Sequence record: MZ502379.1
Source: Escherichia phage vB_EcoM_Shinka
Strand: one strand, 5' to 3'
Length of the DNA: 64,000 nucleotides
Below the pieces are notes generated by a model. It had not been told where the DNA came from, did not search any database, and saw nothing but the letters and a program-made list of their open reading frames with translations. The number at the start of each line of letters is the position of its first letter. Positions within the stretch are counted from its first letter, which is position 1. This document shows, piece after piece, positions 29,393 through 40,102 of this stretch. The position numbers and the translations under genes were made by a program.

Positions 29393-29761
29393 TTAATTAC
29401 CAATCGTATATTTAGGAACGAGTTTCCATTCATGTTTTTGTTTAAAAGAAATAACTCGGAAGTTATTAGTTAAATCTTTCATAAAAGTTCTTTGACCAGG
29501 AACGATTTCAATCAGTCCCCAATCTTCTAATAGCCATGCAATCGAATCACGACGAACTTCATCTTCTTCTGTCATTTCAACCTGGCGACCATCCATACGA
29601 AGCATTTCTTTAAAATGAACGATATAGTATAGTCCTTTTTTCTGAAGAATATGACAGGACTGATACAGAACTTTATCTTTATTATTAGCAATTCCCATAC
29701 GAGTCAAAGTTTCTTTTACTTTCAGAAAATCTTCAGGTTTTTTAAGAGTAATTTCAATCAT
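29393..29761 (-). CDS. regA: translational repressor RegA (122 aa)
   Basis: 122 aa; sequence consistent with T4 RegA; last gene of the 45-44-62-regA cluster. Confidence 0.92.
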   Translation of the reverse strand: MIEITLKKPEDFLKVKETLTRMGIANNKDKVLYQSCHILQKKGLYYIVHFKEMLRMDGRQVEMTEEDEVRRDSIAWLLEDWGLIEIVPGQRTFMKDLTNNFRVISFKQKHEWKLVPKYTIGN

Positions 29762-29762
29762 T

Positions 29763-30326
29763 TTACCATTCCAATGCTAGTTTTTTGAGTTGTTTCTGTT
29801 CTTTTACGTTCTTAGTCACTTCTTTCAAAAAATCATCCGTGACTAAACCTTTTAGTTCTTTTAATACTAAAGGAAGTTTTCCATTTTTAGTAAGAATTGA
29901 TTTATAGTTAATTGCATCATTTGTATTAACTTGATACCGCTTAGCAAGTAACTTAATAATCAATACTTCGGTGGAATCTTCAACCAGTTTTGCCCATTTA
30001 CCATATCTTTTACCACGAGGAACTGCAGCCATTAGATAATTAAAATGAGCTTCATCACTTAATCCAGAACCGATTAAATTCATAGCATATACAGCTGGCA
30101 TGCACTCTGGAAATTGTGATAATGCATTTTCAACCATGAATTTTGAATAATCTTTTTGAGCAATAGAGCATTTAGTTTTATTATTAATAGCTCCAATTAT
30201 TTCAAAAAATTCATTTTCAGCTTTTTCTTTAAAAGAATCAGCAGCGGATTGGACAGCTGTCCAATCTTTTGAATACCAAGCAACTTGATGCTCGTTTAAT
30301 TGAATATCATCTTCAAATAAGCTCAT
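29763..30326 (-). CDS. 62: clamp loader small subunit gp62 (187 aa)
   Basis: Position and length match T4 gp62. Confidence 0.9.
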   Translation of the reverse strand: MSLFEDDIQLNEHQVAWYSKDWTAVQSAADSFKEKAENEFFEIIGAINNKTKCSIAQKDYSKFMVENALSQFPECMPAVYAMNLIGSGLSDEAHFNYLMAAVPRGKRYGKWAKLVEDSTEVLIIKLLAKRYQVNTNDAINYKSILTKNGKLPLVLKELKGLVTDDFLKEVTKNVKEQKQLKKLALEW

Positions 30327-30327
30327 A

Positions 30328-31287
30328 TCACTTCCACTGCATTTCGCATGCTAATTGAATGAAAAGATAAGCTAAATGCAATTCAGTATTAGCTGCAATA
30401 CCATGATACTGATTATTTTCGCCTACAATTTCGTACATACGAATAATACTCTGCGGAGTTACACGTGAATAGATTTCTTCGGCAAGTTTACCAACGAACC
30501 ACGAATAATCAGCTGCATATTTTGGTGCTAAAGCTCTGAGTTGTTTAACATCTTTATTTTTGAGAGACTCAAGAACATCATCAATAGCACCACGATCGTT
30601 AGTAACCAGTGATAAAATACCAGCATCCAAAACACCTTTAGATGAATAACTATCGAGCTCGCCAATAGTTTTACGAAAATCAGGAAAATTCTTTTTAACC
30701 AAAGCTGCTACAACTTTCATATCAGCTATAGCAATTCCTTCATGCTTACAGATTTCAGTCAATCGACGAATCATCTGCTTCATCATTTCAATTTTATCTT
30801 CATCGGTCGGTTGACCGAACGTAATAACTCGGCAGCGTGACTGAAGTGGTTTAATAATACCATCAATATTGTTAGCAGTAATAATAATACTACAGTTTGA
30901 ACTATAAGCTTCCATAAAGGAACGAAGATGTCGCTGAGATTCTGCTAAACCTGAACGGTCAAATTCATCAATAACGATTACTTTTTGACGACCATCAAAT
31001 GAAGCGGCGCTGGCAAAATTAGTCAAAGGACCACGAACGAAATCAATTTTACAATCTGAACCATTCACAAACATCATATCAGCATTTACATCATGACACA
31101 ATGCTTTTGCTACAGTTGTTTTACCTGTTCCTGGAGAAGGAGAATGAAGAATAATATGTGGAATCTTACCTTTACTTGTAATAGATTTAAAGGTTTCTTT
31201 ATCAAAGGCGGGAAGAATACATTCATCGATAGTAGATGGACGATATTTCTGTTCAAGAATGTGTTCTTTTTCATTTACGGTAATCAT
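30328..31287 (-). CDS. 44: clamp loader ATPase gp44, AAA+ (319 aa from MITVNE)
   Basis: Walker [14 protein letters not shown] Walker B. Confidence 0.95.
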
Positions 31288-31321
31288 AATTTCCTCATTC
31301 AAGTTTTAGTGTAAATTATAA

Positions 31322-31335
31322 AGGGCCGAAGCCCT
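31322..31335 (-). terminator. hairpin with UUCG tetraloop between genes 45 and 44
   Basis: agggc-cgaa-gccct. Confidence 0.5.
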
Positions 31336-31338
31336 CTA

Positions 31339-32025
31339 TTAAAAATCATGGGTAGAATCAGCTTCAAGAGCTACTACATAATTCGCATGTTCACCTTCAA
31401 ATTTAGCAGCGCCTTGTTTACCTTTTGCCCAAAGCAGAAGTTTATAATTTCCTGGTTGCATTTTCATATTTGCCATATTGATAATGAAATTAAATGTGTT
31501 TTCACCATCATAATCACCAAGAGTCAAAGAATATTTAACACGAGTCAAAGCAGAATCTTCTACTTTATTAAAACCGTTAATTACGATTTTACCTTCTTTT
31601 ACTGTGATAGCAATTGTATCAATCTGCAGACCGCGAGATACACGCAACAACTGTTGAAGGTCTTCAGCTTTAATTTCGGTAACAACAGATGCTACCGGGA
31701 ATGGAATTGGTTTATTAGGAGCAACTACTGTACTCGGATCGGCTGCTGGCCAAAAAATTGTTGAACGGGCATCAGCAATTTTAATATTTCCATCTTCTGA
31801 CTGGGAAATTTCTGCATCATCATTAACTAGCGACAGAATACCGAGAAAACCGTTCAAATCGTAAATTGCTACATCAAAATCAATAACGTCAGAAATATTT
31901 GCTTCCGCGTAAGTTGTACCATTAACTGCGCGAGTCATAATAAATTGACCGGATTTAAGCATAATGCCAGAGTTAATAGTAGCGAAATTTTTAAGCAGAG
32001 CAGTAGTATCTTTAGACAGTTTCAT
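31339..32025 (-). CDS. 45: sliding clamp gp45 (228 aa)
   Basis: 228 aa; matches T4 gp45. Confidence 0.95.
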   Translation of the reverse strand: MKLSKDTTALLKNFATINSGIMLKSGQFIMTRAVNGTTYAEANISDVIDFDVAIYDLNGFLGILSLVNDDAEISQSEDGNIKIADARSTIFWPAADPSTVVAPNKPIPFPVASVVTEIKAEDLQQLLRVSRGLQIDTIAITVKEGKIVINGFNKVEDSALTRVKYSLTLGDYDGENTFNFIINMANMKMQPGNYKLLLWAKGKQGAAKFEGEHANYVVALEADSTHDF

Positions 32026-32054
32026 GTAATTTCCTTCAATTCAAATGAGATTTA

Positions 32055-32081
32055 ATTTTATAACTAATTTAATAAAGCAAT
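32055..32081 (-). promoter_or_regulatory. candidate MotA-dependent middle promoter for gene 45
   Basis: Minus strand TTGCTTTA, 12 nt, TAAAAT. Confidence 0.4.
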
Positions 32082-32470
32082 TAACGATTAAAATCAGCCG
32101 CAATTGTTTCCGCAACAATTTGAGCAGCAACAATTAGACGTTCATCTGCATTACCGCAATAATCATCTTCAAGACGTTCACCACATGAAGTCATAATAAA
32201 TTTAGCACCGGCGTTTAGGGATTCTGTAGTATGTTTGCGCATTAGTTCAATCCATTTATTACTTACTTCACGATCGATAGCTTCATAATACGCATGACGA
32301 GCAGGTGCAGATTTAATTTTGTTCTGAATAACTTCCATTGCGTTATCAGAAAGAGACAAAACCCATGCTCGACGAATTTTATTTTGGTTTTGTGGATTTG
32401 ATTCAGAACGCACGTGTTTTGGCTGAATATCTTTTACATCAACAGTATAATTCACAGTAATTTTAGTCAT
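32081..32470 (-). CDS. rpbA: RNA polymerase binding protein RpbA (129 aa)
   Basis: Position upstream of 45; 129 aa. Confidence 0.8.
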
Positions 32471-32479
32471 AATACACCT

Positions 32480-32668
32480 TTAGTCATAATAATCAGTAAC
32501 AGTCCAAGCTTCATTTCTATTGGACATTATTTTTGTATATTCTGCTTTAAATGCATTCCTAAGCATAGATTCAGTAACTATATGCTCTTCATTAGAAAAA
32601 TTATTTCTCAGAATATATCGTTTTATTTCAGGAATAGTTAATAGATGCTGTCCGGTTGAATATTCCAT
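32480..32668 (-). CDS. hypothetical protein (62 aa)
   Basis: Small ORF between 46 and rpbA. Confidence 0.45.
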   Translation of the reverse strand: MEYSTGQHLLTIPEIKRYILRNNFSNEEHIVTESMLRNAFKAEYTKIMSNRNEAWTVTDYYD

Positions 32669-32723
32669 GTTTTTCCTCCATAGAGATTATACTCTAATAA
32701 ATTAAAGCATAATCTCTTATAAA

Positions 32724-34406
32724 TTAAACCATTACAGTAAATCGACCAACTTTCTTCATTTGAAGATGCTGACCGTATGCTTGTGGGTCATGGTCTCTAT
32801 GCGAAATAACAAAAACATTAGTATTTTTTAAACTATCTAAAATAGTTGAAATAGCTTTTACACCTTCAACGTCGGTCGCTGAATCAAAAACTTCATCAAG
32901 AATTAGTGTGTTTATTTTAACACCTGAAACTTTTTCAGCAATATCACGCCAAGTAAATAAAAGAGCAATATCAATTCGTGCTTTTTCACCTTGACTGAAT
33001 GAAGCATAACTAAAATCTTCACGACCACGGGATTTAATTGTCTCATTAAATTCTTCATCTAATGTAAACACATAATCCGCTTCCATTATTTTAAGATAAT
33101 AGTTAATCTGCTTATTAAATAATGGAATGTACTTTTTAATAATAGCACCTTTAATACCAGAATCTTTGAGCATATCAGTCAAAATTCCTCGGTGGTATTT
33201 TTCCATTACTAAATTAGTTTTTGTCTTAACAATTTTATCAAGTTCTTCTTGAAGCAGTGCTATTTCATCAGCATGGTCAATAAACTCAGAAGATGCTTTT
33301 TCTATAGCCGCTTTAACTTTTTTAGCTTTATCTACCGTCGTGATTAGAGATTGCTTTTTATTGCGAATATCATTTGCCAACGACTGCTGGGTTTTAATAT
33401 TATCTCGGTATTCATCAACAAGAACTTTTAAATTATCACGATGTGTTGAAAGCTGTTCAAACGAATGCGTGCATTCAGAAACTTTATCTTTAATTTTAGA
33501 AACAACTTTATCACCGGAACTCAATTGTGACAAGCAGGTTGGACATAATCCACCTTCGTGATACATATTAATGACTTTATTATACGAGTCAATTTTTGAT
33601 TTAATTAAAACTGCTTCTTGACCGATTTTATTAAATGCATCAGTCGGGTCTTCGTCTAAAACAATATTAACTAATCTTTCATTAGCTTCTTCTATTTCCG
33701 ATTTTAGCGTTCTAGCTTCTTTTGCCAAATCATCATACATATTTTGCAGACGAGTAAGATTGTCACCCGTTAATTTTTTCTGGCGTTCAACGTTATCATT
33801 ATATATTTTAATTTGTTGGATAATACTATCTTTTTTAACATCAAGCACTTGGTTTTGTGAATTTAATTCACGTATTAGTGCTTTATTAAGCTTATCCATT
33901 TCAGCTAATGTTCCTACCTCAAGCAGGTCTTCCACAAGCTTTCTTCGTGCAGGGGTCGACAAACCCATGAAAGGGGTATACCCTGCTGTACCAAGGACAA
34001 CAATCTGCTTGAAACTGGCATATGACATTCCGATAAGCTGTTCAAATTCTGCTTGGAAATCTTTACTGCTGGCAGATTCATTAAGACGTGTACCGTTAAC
34101 GGTGATTTCGAAAACGTTTGGTTTTTGTCCTCTTTTGATATAGTACTTTTTCTCATCATATTCCATCCACAGTTCAACTAAAAGTTCTTTCTTATTTGTG
34201 CTGTTTATTAATTGACCTTTCTTTACATCACGAAATGGCTTGCCAAAAAGCCCAAATGTGATGGCTTCTAACATAGTAGACTTACCACCGCCATTTCGTC
34301 CAGTAATAAGAGTTTTTTGAACCTTATCTAGTTGAATGTCAATAGGATTTCCACCTACTGACATTATATTTTGATACCTAACTCGGTTTAGTTTAAAATT
34401 CTTCAC
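32724..34406 (-). CDS. 46: recombination nuclease ATPase subunit, Rad50/SbcC-like (560 aa)
   Basis: Walker A GRNGGGKST, central coiled coil, CPTC zinc hook, C-terminal Walker B/D-loop. Confidence 0.95.
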   Translation of the reverse strand: MKNFKLNRVRYQNIMSVGGNPIDIQLDKVQKTLITGRNGGGKSTMLEAITFGLFGKPFRDVKKGQLINSTNKKELLVELWMEYDEKKYYIKRGQKPNVFEITVNGTRLNESASSKDFQAEFEQLIGMSYASFKQIVVLGTAGYTPFMGLSTPARRKLVEDLLEVGTLAEMDKLNKALIRELNSQNQVLDVKKDSIIQQIKIYNDNVERQKKLTGDNLTRLQNMYDDLAKEARTLKSEIEEANERLVNIVLDEDPTDAFNKIGQEAVLIKSKIDSYNKVINMYHEGGLCPTCLSQLSSGDKVVSKIKDKVSECTHSFEQLSTHRDNLKVLVDEYRDNIKTQQSLANDIRNKKQSLITTVDKAKKVKAAIEKASSEFIDHADEIALLQEELDKIVKTKTNLVMEKYHRGILTDMLKDSGIKGAIIKKYIPLFNKQINYYLKIMEADYVFTLDEEFNETIKSRGREDFSYASFSQGEKARIDIALLFTWRDIAEKVSGVKINTLILDEVFDSATDVEGVKAISTILDSLKNTNVFVISHRDHDPQAYGQHLQMKKVGRFTVMV

Positions 34407-34666
34407 AAAAGATTCCTTTTAATGTATCTTTTAGACCATTCTATCATATCATCATAATCTAAAAAGTATTCATCAAATTCAGCCATGCAAACAACGCCTT
34501 GTGCTGCTTTTGATGTGATATAAATTATTCCAACATATCTAGAATCTTCTTCGGTGTAATCAATATTTGCTATGAATTCATCATTAATGTCAAATGTCGA
34601 AAACTTCACAGTATGCATCCTTAATACAAGATACAGCCATATCTTGTAATGATTTAGGTGTGTCAT
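34403..34666 (-). CDS. hypothetical protein (87 aa)
   Basis: ORF between 47 and 46; overlaps the next ORF. Confidence 0.45.
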   Translation of the reverse strand: MTHLNHYKIWLYLVLRMHTVKFSTFDINDEFIANIDYTEEDSRYVGIIYITSKAAQGVVCMAEFDEYFLDYDDMIEWSKRYIKRNLL

Positions 34667-34853
34667 TATCTAAAATGTTGAAGTTAAAAGATACAGCCCA
34701 ATCTGTACAGACCGTAACCTTTTTAATACAATTATCTTCAACCTCTAACGGTTCAAACCAATATTCAATAATTTCTTTATGACCAATATCATCTTTTACT
34801 TCGCATTCAAAATGCTTACTCATCATAACATTTTTAAATTCATCAAAAGTCAT
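34590..34853 (-). CDS. hypothetical protein (87 aa)
   Basis: ORF between 47 and 46. Confidence 0.45.
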   Translation of the reverse strand: MTFDEFKNVMMSKHFECEVKDDIGHKEIIEYWFEPLEVEDNCIKKVTVCTDWAVSFNFNILDNDTPKSLQDMAVSCIKDAYCEVFDI

Positions 34854-35869
34854 TGTGTTGCCTCTACATATAGCTGGTTTGCATATTGAATAAGTGCTTC
34901 GCGATCAGAATCAGTGATGTCTGGAATTGCATTAATGTATTCTTCCATCAACGTCTGAAGAGATTGAACTTCAACTTCTTCACTTTCATCTGACTCGACA
35001 GAGTTATCAATTTTTGACACAACTCGTAATGAATGCACAACTTTTTCTAGTTCAGATTCGAACTTCGTCAGATTTTTGTCTACTTCAGTTACTATAACAC
35101 GTACTGATAGATTTGTAAAATCTTTATAGTCAATTTTTCCTTTAAATGGATAATGAATTCTACGATGCCAGGTAGTATTGTTTGGAATAAATTCCATTCG
35201 TTCTGTTTCTGTATCAAACATCCAGAACCCGCGAGGGTCATTCTCGTCACCTGCAGTTAGTGTCCATGGTGTCCCAATATATCTGACGTTAGCAGCCTCA
35301 GAGATAGTATGGAAGTGACCAGACCACACCTCTTTATAAGTCTTAAGGAAATCAGGTTCAAGACCATGAGATTTCATTCCTTTATAAAAATAAAATCCAT
35401 TCAGTTCCCAGTGACCAACGCAAAAAGAAGCAGATGAAGTTTTGATGTGTTCAAGAATTTCACCAGTATTTTCTTCACACATCCAAGGAATTAAATCAAT
35501 TAAACATCCGTCAAAATCTACCGTAGTAGGCTTATCATATACTTTAACATTAGGATATTTAGCCAAAAGCTCAGTAGAGGCATTTGGAGTTAAAGTATTT
35601 TTAAAGTGCATATCATGATTTCCTACAACAGTATGTAGGGTAATACCAGCATCATCAAGCATTTGAACTATTTCACGAGCGAACTCCATAGTTTTATGCG
35701 TGATTGCTTTTCGCACATCAAAAATATCGCCGTATTGAATCCAGGTAGTAATTCCATTTTTCTTAGAATATTCTATTGCTTGTTTAATTCCATCCAACTG
35801 AATGGATTGAACCCACTCATCATCGGCTTTAACGCCTAAATGCCAATCACCTAAATTTAAAATTTTCAT
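34850..35869 (-). CDS. 47: recombination nuclease subunit, Mre11/SbcD-like phosphoesterase (339 aa)
   Basis: Metallophosphatase motifs (DWHLG, GDIFD, GNHD). Confidence 0.95.
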   Translation of the reverse strand: MKILNLGDWHLGVKADDEWVQSIQLDGIKQAIEYSKKNGITTWIQYGDIFDVRKAITHKTMEFAREIVQMLDDAGITLHTVVGNHDMHFKNTLTPNASTELLAKYPNVKVYDKPTTVDFDGCLIDLIPWMCEENTGEILEHIKTSSASFCVGHWELNGFYFYKGMKSHGLEPDFLKTYKEVWSGHFHTISEAANVRYIGTPWTLTAGDENDPRGFWMFDTETERMEFIPNNTTWHRRIHYPFKGKIDYKDFTNLSVRVIVTEVDKNLTKFESELEKVVHSLRVVSKIDNSVESDESEEVEVQSLQTLMEEYINAIPDITDSDREALIQYANQLYVEATQ

Positions 35870-36006
35870 ATATCAAGAACCGTCATTGAAATGCAAAATA
35901 AAATTATTGAAATAAACCCATCTGGCGTGCTAAAGAACCCAATCCAACATGCTCTAGTGAATAGATAAAATGCAAGAAAAAGTATCACATATCCAAGAAA
36001 TATCAT
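35866..36006 (-). CDS. small hydrophobic membrane peptide (46 aa)
   Basis: Hand translation MIFLGYVILFLAFYLFTRACWIGFFSTPDGFISIILFCISMTVLDI; GGAG SD; stop overlaps the gene 47 ATG. Confidence 0.4.
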   Translation of the reverse strand: MIFLGYVILFLAFYLFTRACWIGFFSTPDGFISIILFCISMTVLDI

Positions 36007-36029
36007 TATATCAAACTCCGTATAAAGCT

Positions 36030-36047
36030 AAAGGGCCGAAGCCCTTT
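36030..36047 (-). terminator. hairpin with UUCG tetraloop at the alpha-gt 3' end
   Basis: aaagggc-cgaa-gcccttt. Confidence 0.55.
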
Positions 36048-37248
36048 ATTTTGTAATAATGTCAAACTGTTCTTTAAAGCAGAAGCTTGAATCTTGATGC
36101 TGATACAAAAATTCATAAGCTTTTTCGCGTTCGCGGTCATAAAGAGCTCGGTCAGATGACAGTTCTTTAATACGTTCGAATGTTGATTCCATGTCATTTT
36201 CATCAAACCAAATGATACCGCTATCATGCGAGGTCAAAGGAGTACTATCAACACGGAATTTTAAATTTTCGCCAGTAGATTTCCAAAATACCGGAATTGT
36301 TCCACATGCACCAAGCTCGAGATGAGTATATTCTAAAGAGCGCTGTAGATATTTTTTATCCAACTTACTCAGCTGATAACCAAAACCGGATTTACTCATG
36401 CGTTCAAGCATTTCGCTATTTACATAACGGTCAAGAATTTGCGTTGGCAAATTAGGAGCAATTTTAATTTGGTCTACTTGATGAAGACGATAATACTCGT
36501 ATGGAATTCCTTTTTCTTTAATAGGAATGAACGCTGGAGAACGTTCCAGACCTTCCATAATAGTACTTAGTCCTGCAGGTTTAAGATGCTTTTCATGAAA
36601 ATCAAACATCTGATAAAAACCTTTCCATGTAGTCGTACGACCAATCCAACGGTTGATATTCATGTTAATTTCAGAAACATCTTTCCAGTAGGTTGACCGA
36701 ACCTTCGCAATATCCATAGGAGGCTGAAAGTTATATACAGTCGGCGCTTCTTCAATATCATCAAACAGAGAAACTGTTTCTGGATACCATTCTTTCATCA
36801 GAACTTTATTAAAATCACCATTATCAGAATGGCTAAAAATAACATCAGCTCGACGAACAGTTTCTTCTAATCCCAAATTTCGACGCAAAGAAAGAGAAGA
36901 ATGGTCATGTTGATAAACTACAACACGAACAGAAGGTTTAATGTTATCAATAATTTTTTTATAGTTATTAATAGTGTCTTCTTCAACCGAAGTAGCAGGA
37001 ACTGAATTAATAATTAGAATATCACAATCATTTACCAGCTTAAGTGTTTTATCATATTCTTTTGCCAATAAAACCGGAATTGAAAATGATTTATAATCAT
37101 GCGCGCAATTACGAGTAAATGATTTATCTTTAGCATAAACCAAAGTTACTTCATGACCATTTTTAATAAACCAATCACGTTGCTCGAGTGAGAATTTTGT
37201 TACACCACAACCTTCAAGACCTCGAGCCATAAAAATACATACTTTCAT
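36046..37248 (-). CDS. agt: DNA alpha-glucosyltransferase (400 aa)
   Basis: 400 aa; closely matches T4 alpha-gt as I recall it. Confidence 0.92.
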   Translation of the reverse strand: MKVCIFMARGLEGCGVTKFSLEQRDWFIKNGHEVTLVYAKDKSFTRNCAHDYKSFSIPVLLAKEYDKTLKLVNDCDILIINSVPATSVEEDTINNYKKIIDNIKPSVRVVVYQHDHSSLSLRRNLGLEETVRRADVIFSHSDNGDFNKVLMKEWYPETVSLFDDIEEAPTVYNFQPPMDIAKVRSTYWKDVSEINMNINRWIGRTTTWKGFYQMFDFHEKHLKPAGLSTIMEGLERSPAFIPIKEKGIPYEYYRLHQVDQIKIAPNLPTQILDRYVNSEMLERMSKSGFGYQLSKLDKKYLQRSLEYTHLELGACGTIPVFWKSTGENLKFRVDSTPLTSHDSGIIWFDENDMESTFERIKELSSDRALYDREREKAYEFLYQHQDSSFCFKEQFDIITK

Positions 37249-37272
37249 TTAATATCCTCTTTGTTTTGGTTT

Positions 37273-37298
37273 ATTTTACCAAAAATTTATAAAGCAAT
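37273..37298 (-). promoter_or_regulatory. candidate MotA-dependent middle promoter for alpha-gt
   Basis: Minus strand TTGCTTTA, 11 nt, TAAAAT. Confidence 0.4.
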
Positions 37299-37318
37299 AT
37301 AGGAGCCGAAGCTCCTAT
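37299..37318 (-). terminator. hairpin with UUCG tetraloop
   Basis: ataggagc-cgaa-gctcctat, 8-bp stem. Confidence 0.55.
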
Positions 37319-37506
37319 CCACATAATACGCCATACAGAGGCTCGTTAGAACTTTTAAATTTTATGCGCTTATATTTTATAGTTCCTTCTGCTTTAGCTT
37401 TATCATGAGACTCTTTAAAGCGTCTCATCATTTCCTCTTGAGAGGAACGAATTTTATTATAATCTATTTCAGAAGTCTGGTGTTCATCTTTCATAACTGC
37501 CACCAT
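37315..37506 (-). CDS. hypothetical protein (63 aa)
   Basis: Small ORF between 55 and alpha-gt. Confidence 0.45.
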   Translation of the reverse strand: MVAVMKDEHQTSEIDYNKIRSSQEEMMRRFKESHDKAKAEGTIKYKRIKFKSSNEPLYGVLCG

Positions 37507-37697
37507 TTTTTGACTTGATAAGAATCAACCCACACTTTCATATTGGGGTCTGCTCTTACAATAGGAGGATTAACTTCTTTAATTGAACTATCATGGTATT
37601 CTTTTTCAGAAATTTTCACACAAAGATGACCATTCAAAGATTCAGTAAATCCTGCATTATTTTTAAGACGCTTGAATTTTACGTGTGTAAGCATCAA
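37491..37697 (-). CDS. hypothetical protein (68 aa)
   Basis: Small ORF between 55 and alpha-gt. Confidence 0.45.
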   Translation of the reverse strand: MMLTHVKFKRLKNNAGFTESLNGHLCVKISEKEYHDSSIKEVNPPIVRADPNMKVWVDSYQVKKWWQL

Positions 37698-37980
37698 TCA
37701 TATCCTCAATCTGTGATCTAGTAGTCTTCCAAAGAATACTGATGAGTTCATCGTTATATGGCTGTTTTAGAATATCCCGACTTTTCTTGATAGCATATTC
37801 GTATTGAGCAAAATTATTATTTTCAGCTGCGATCTGAGCGTGCTTATAAAGACGATTCAGTTCGCGTTTGTTTTTAGACAATAACTTATTTGCTTTTCTT
37901 TCTGCTTCAAGACGGTTCTTTTCTTCAATAGAAGAAATAAGCTTTTCCACTTCATCATTAATTTCGGGTTTATCAGTCAT
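37663..37980 (-). CDS. hypothetical protein (105 aa)
   Basis: ORF between 55 and alpha-gt. Confidence 0.5.
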   Translation of the reverse strand: MTDKPEINDEVEKLISSIEEKNRLEAERKANKLLSKNKRELNRLYKHAQIAAENNNFAQYEYAIKKSRDILKQPYNDELISILWKTTRSQIEDMIDAYTRKIQAS

Positions 37981-37981
37981 A

Positions 37982-38200
37982 TTATTTCTCTAATATAAAA
38001 TAAAAATCATCATCTGTTAAATGATACCTGTAATTTAATTCTACACCATTAGATTTAAAAGCGGTATCATACGGATTTTCTGGATCAATATCAATGTCAA
38101 GAGCTAAAACTTCCCTGAGATACATTTTAAGTAAATAGGGAATAGCTTCAACTTCAGGTATTTCTTCCAAGAATCCGGAGAGGTTAATCGTTAGCCTCAT
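37982..38200 (-). CDS. hypothetical protein (72 aa)
   Basis: ORF between 55 and alpha-gt. Confidence 0.45.
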
Positions 38201-38741
38201 ATAAAAAATCCAAACTAGGAGAATCGTCTACAACACTTTTCTTTTCAGCCCCCGGTGTTCTATAGGTTGATTCTTCGTAATGCGTCATTTTATCGTAGAT
38301 GTCTTGAATAAAAGTTTCATCTACTAACGCAACCATATCGTCGTCACGGCTGTCATAGACATTGTGAACGAAGTAACTGTATTTCTTTGCAACTTCCTTA
38401 CGTTCTTTTTTAATACGTTGGACGAATGCATTAAAACAAGCTTGAGTTATATATGCATGCGGGTTTTTATATTTCGTTTCATCAAAATTGTGAAGCCCCT
38501 TAATAGAAGCTTCTATACCATCTGCAATCATTTCTTGTTTCCAAGACTGGGTGTATCCTGAAAAGTTGAAACGTTTAGATAAGCCTTCTGCAATAAGCAT
38601 AATGGCTAATCCGATAGTATCATTCTGACGAACTACTTTATTTGGGTCTTTATTATTTGCTAATTCTGTTTTCCAATCAATAATAGCTTGTAAAAGCTCT
38701 TTATTGTTTACGTAATTATATTTAGGCTTAGTTTCTGACAT
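38184..38741 (-). CDS. 55: late sigma factor gp55 (185 aa from MSETKPK)
   Basis: Sequence and length consistent with T4 gp55. Confidence 0.92.
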
Positions 38742-38819
38742 TTTCACCTCTTAGCTCAATTCATAGATCTATTATATCATAATATTTGAAGATCTATCTT
38801 AAAGCATAGAGGATATCAG

Positions 38820-39089
38820 TTATCTAAGTAAACAGTATGCTTGGAACACTTTTTCCATCATCTTTTTAAATTCATGAATATCTATGTAATGACTAGTTAA
38901 ATCAGCATGATATAAAAAGTCTAAAAACTTTTCATGTGTACTAACATATTCACTTTCATTTAATTCAGAAACATGGCTTTCCCAATATCCAACACCAGTC
39001 TTATTTGGGAAAAATGAAATTTTCATGTATTTGTCAACATAGAAAATGCCATAATTTTCAATAGTAATAGAAATATTAATAAATTTCAT
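38820..39089 (-). CDS. hypothetical protein (89 aa)
   Basis: 55.x-region ORF. Confidence 0.5.
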   Translation of the reverse strand: MKFINISITIENYGIFYVDKYMKISFFPNKTGVGYWESHVSELNESEYVSTHEKFLDFLYHADLTSHYIDIHEFKKMMEKVFQAYCLLR

Positions 39090-39301
39090 ACATTCATCAA
39101 CTTAGCCGCTTCAAGAGCTGCATCTAGTGAATCAAATTGATCAACATATTCAATCAATTCGCCATAATTAGCATATAACCACCATTGGCTAAATTCATAC
39201 TCAAGGATGAATCCGTTTCCTTCAATTTGAGTTAAACCAATGCCATTTGTATTTACTTCATACCCAGCAAGACGTAAATCGTTAATAAGAGCTTCGTTCA
39301 T
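39086..39301 (-). CDS. hypothetical protein (71 aa)
   Basis: 55.x-region ORF. Confidence 0.5.
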   Translation of the reverse strand: MNEALINDLRLAGYEVNTNGIGLTQIEGNGFILEYEFSQWWLYANYGELIEYVDQFDSLDAALEAAKLMNV

Positions 39302-39303
39302 AA

Positions 39304-39630
39304 TTATACCTTAGTAATTTTCAGGTCTGCAAATTTTTTCTTGCGTTGATTTTTCATGCGACGAATAGTTTTATCGGAAATTTCATGCTTTTGATAAGCT
39401 TTAGATTCTACACCAAAAGCTTTAACATCAAATTCTGACAAGATATATTGAACCAACAATTCACGGACAGTATTGCGTCCAATCTTCTGATCATTCTGTT
39501 TCATCGTCTGATGAAGCTCTTTTTCCCATTTATCCAAAATTTGAGGAGTTACAATATCGCCTTTTTCTAGCAAAGAAACTACTTTATCATATGCGTAAGA
39601 ATTAATGACGTTTTTAATTTGAATAGTCAT
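39304..39630 (-). CDS. hypothetical protein (108 aa)
   Basis: 55.x-region ORF. Confidence 0.5.
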   Translation of the reverse strand: MTIQIKNVINSYAYDKVVSLLEKGDIVTPQILDKWEKELHQTMKQNDQKIGRNTVRELLVQYILSEFDVKAFGVESKAYQKHEISDKTIRRMKNQRKKKFADLKITKV

Positions 39631-39668
39631 ACATTATCCTCAATTACGTTAAAATTTTATTATCCAAA

Positions 39669-39684
39669 AAGGGCCGAAGCCCTT
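39669..39684 (-). terminator. hairpin with UUCG tetraloop
   Basis: aagggc-cgaa-gccctt. Confidence 0.5.
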
Positions 39685-39883
39685 AGCTAAACTTTTTGGC
39701 ACCCTTCCAGCCTTCGTACATCATTGCGACTGACAATGACAAAGCTCCTTCACATGCTGCATACTTATTATTCCAGAACCAATTTAGAAAAACTTCATCC
39801 TCAATACCATTGTGTTTCATGTTCTGGAAAAATTTGGCGCGTTCTTCAGCAATTCGCTGTGATAATTTAGATTCAGGATTCAT
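39683..39883 (-). CDS. hypothetical protein (66 aa)
   Basis: 55.x-region ORF. Confidence 0.45.
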   Translation of the reverse strand: MNPESKLSQRIAEERAKFFQNMKHNGIEDEVFLNWFWNNKYAACEGALSLSVAMMYEGWKGAKKFS

Positions 39884-40102
39884 TTAAATTTCCCACCAAT
39901 TGCCATTTTCATCAATAAATTTAATCCAGTCATTTACTGACCACTTGGTCGTATCGCCTTTTGGAGTAACATTTAAAGTATATAGTCCTTGCTTAAAAAG
40001 CATTCGTTTGATATTCATATTTTCCTCAGCTGTAACGATAACACTCGTTTGATTTACGTTTAGCAACTCGTTGAGAAGTATTATAATCAAAATCATCGTC
40101 AA
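39884..40102 (-). CDS. hypothetical protein (72 aa)
   Basis: 55.x-region ORF. Confidence 0.45.
   Translation of the reverse strand: MTMILIIILLNELLNVNQTSVIVTAEENMNIKRMLFKQGLYTLNVTPKGDTTKWSVNDWIKFIDENGNWWEI

Noticed and set aside
36006-36227. 73-aa minus-strand ORF overlapping the 3' end of alpha-gt
   Set aside because: It is in an alternative frame within the alpha-gt coding sequence; alpha-gt is full length and conserved, so the overlapping ORF is most likely spurious.
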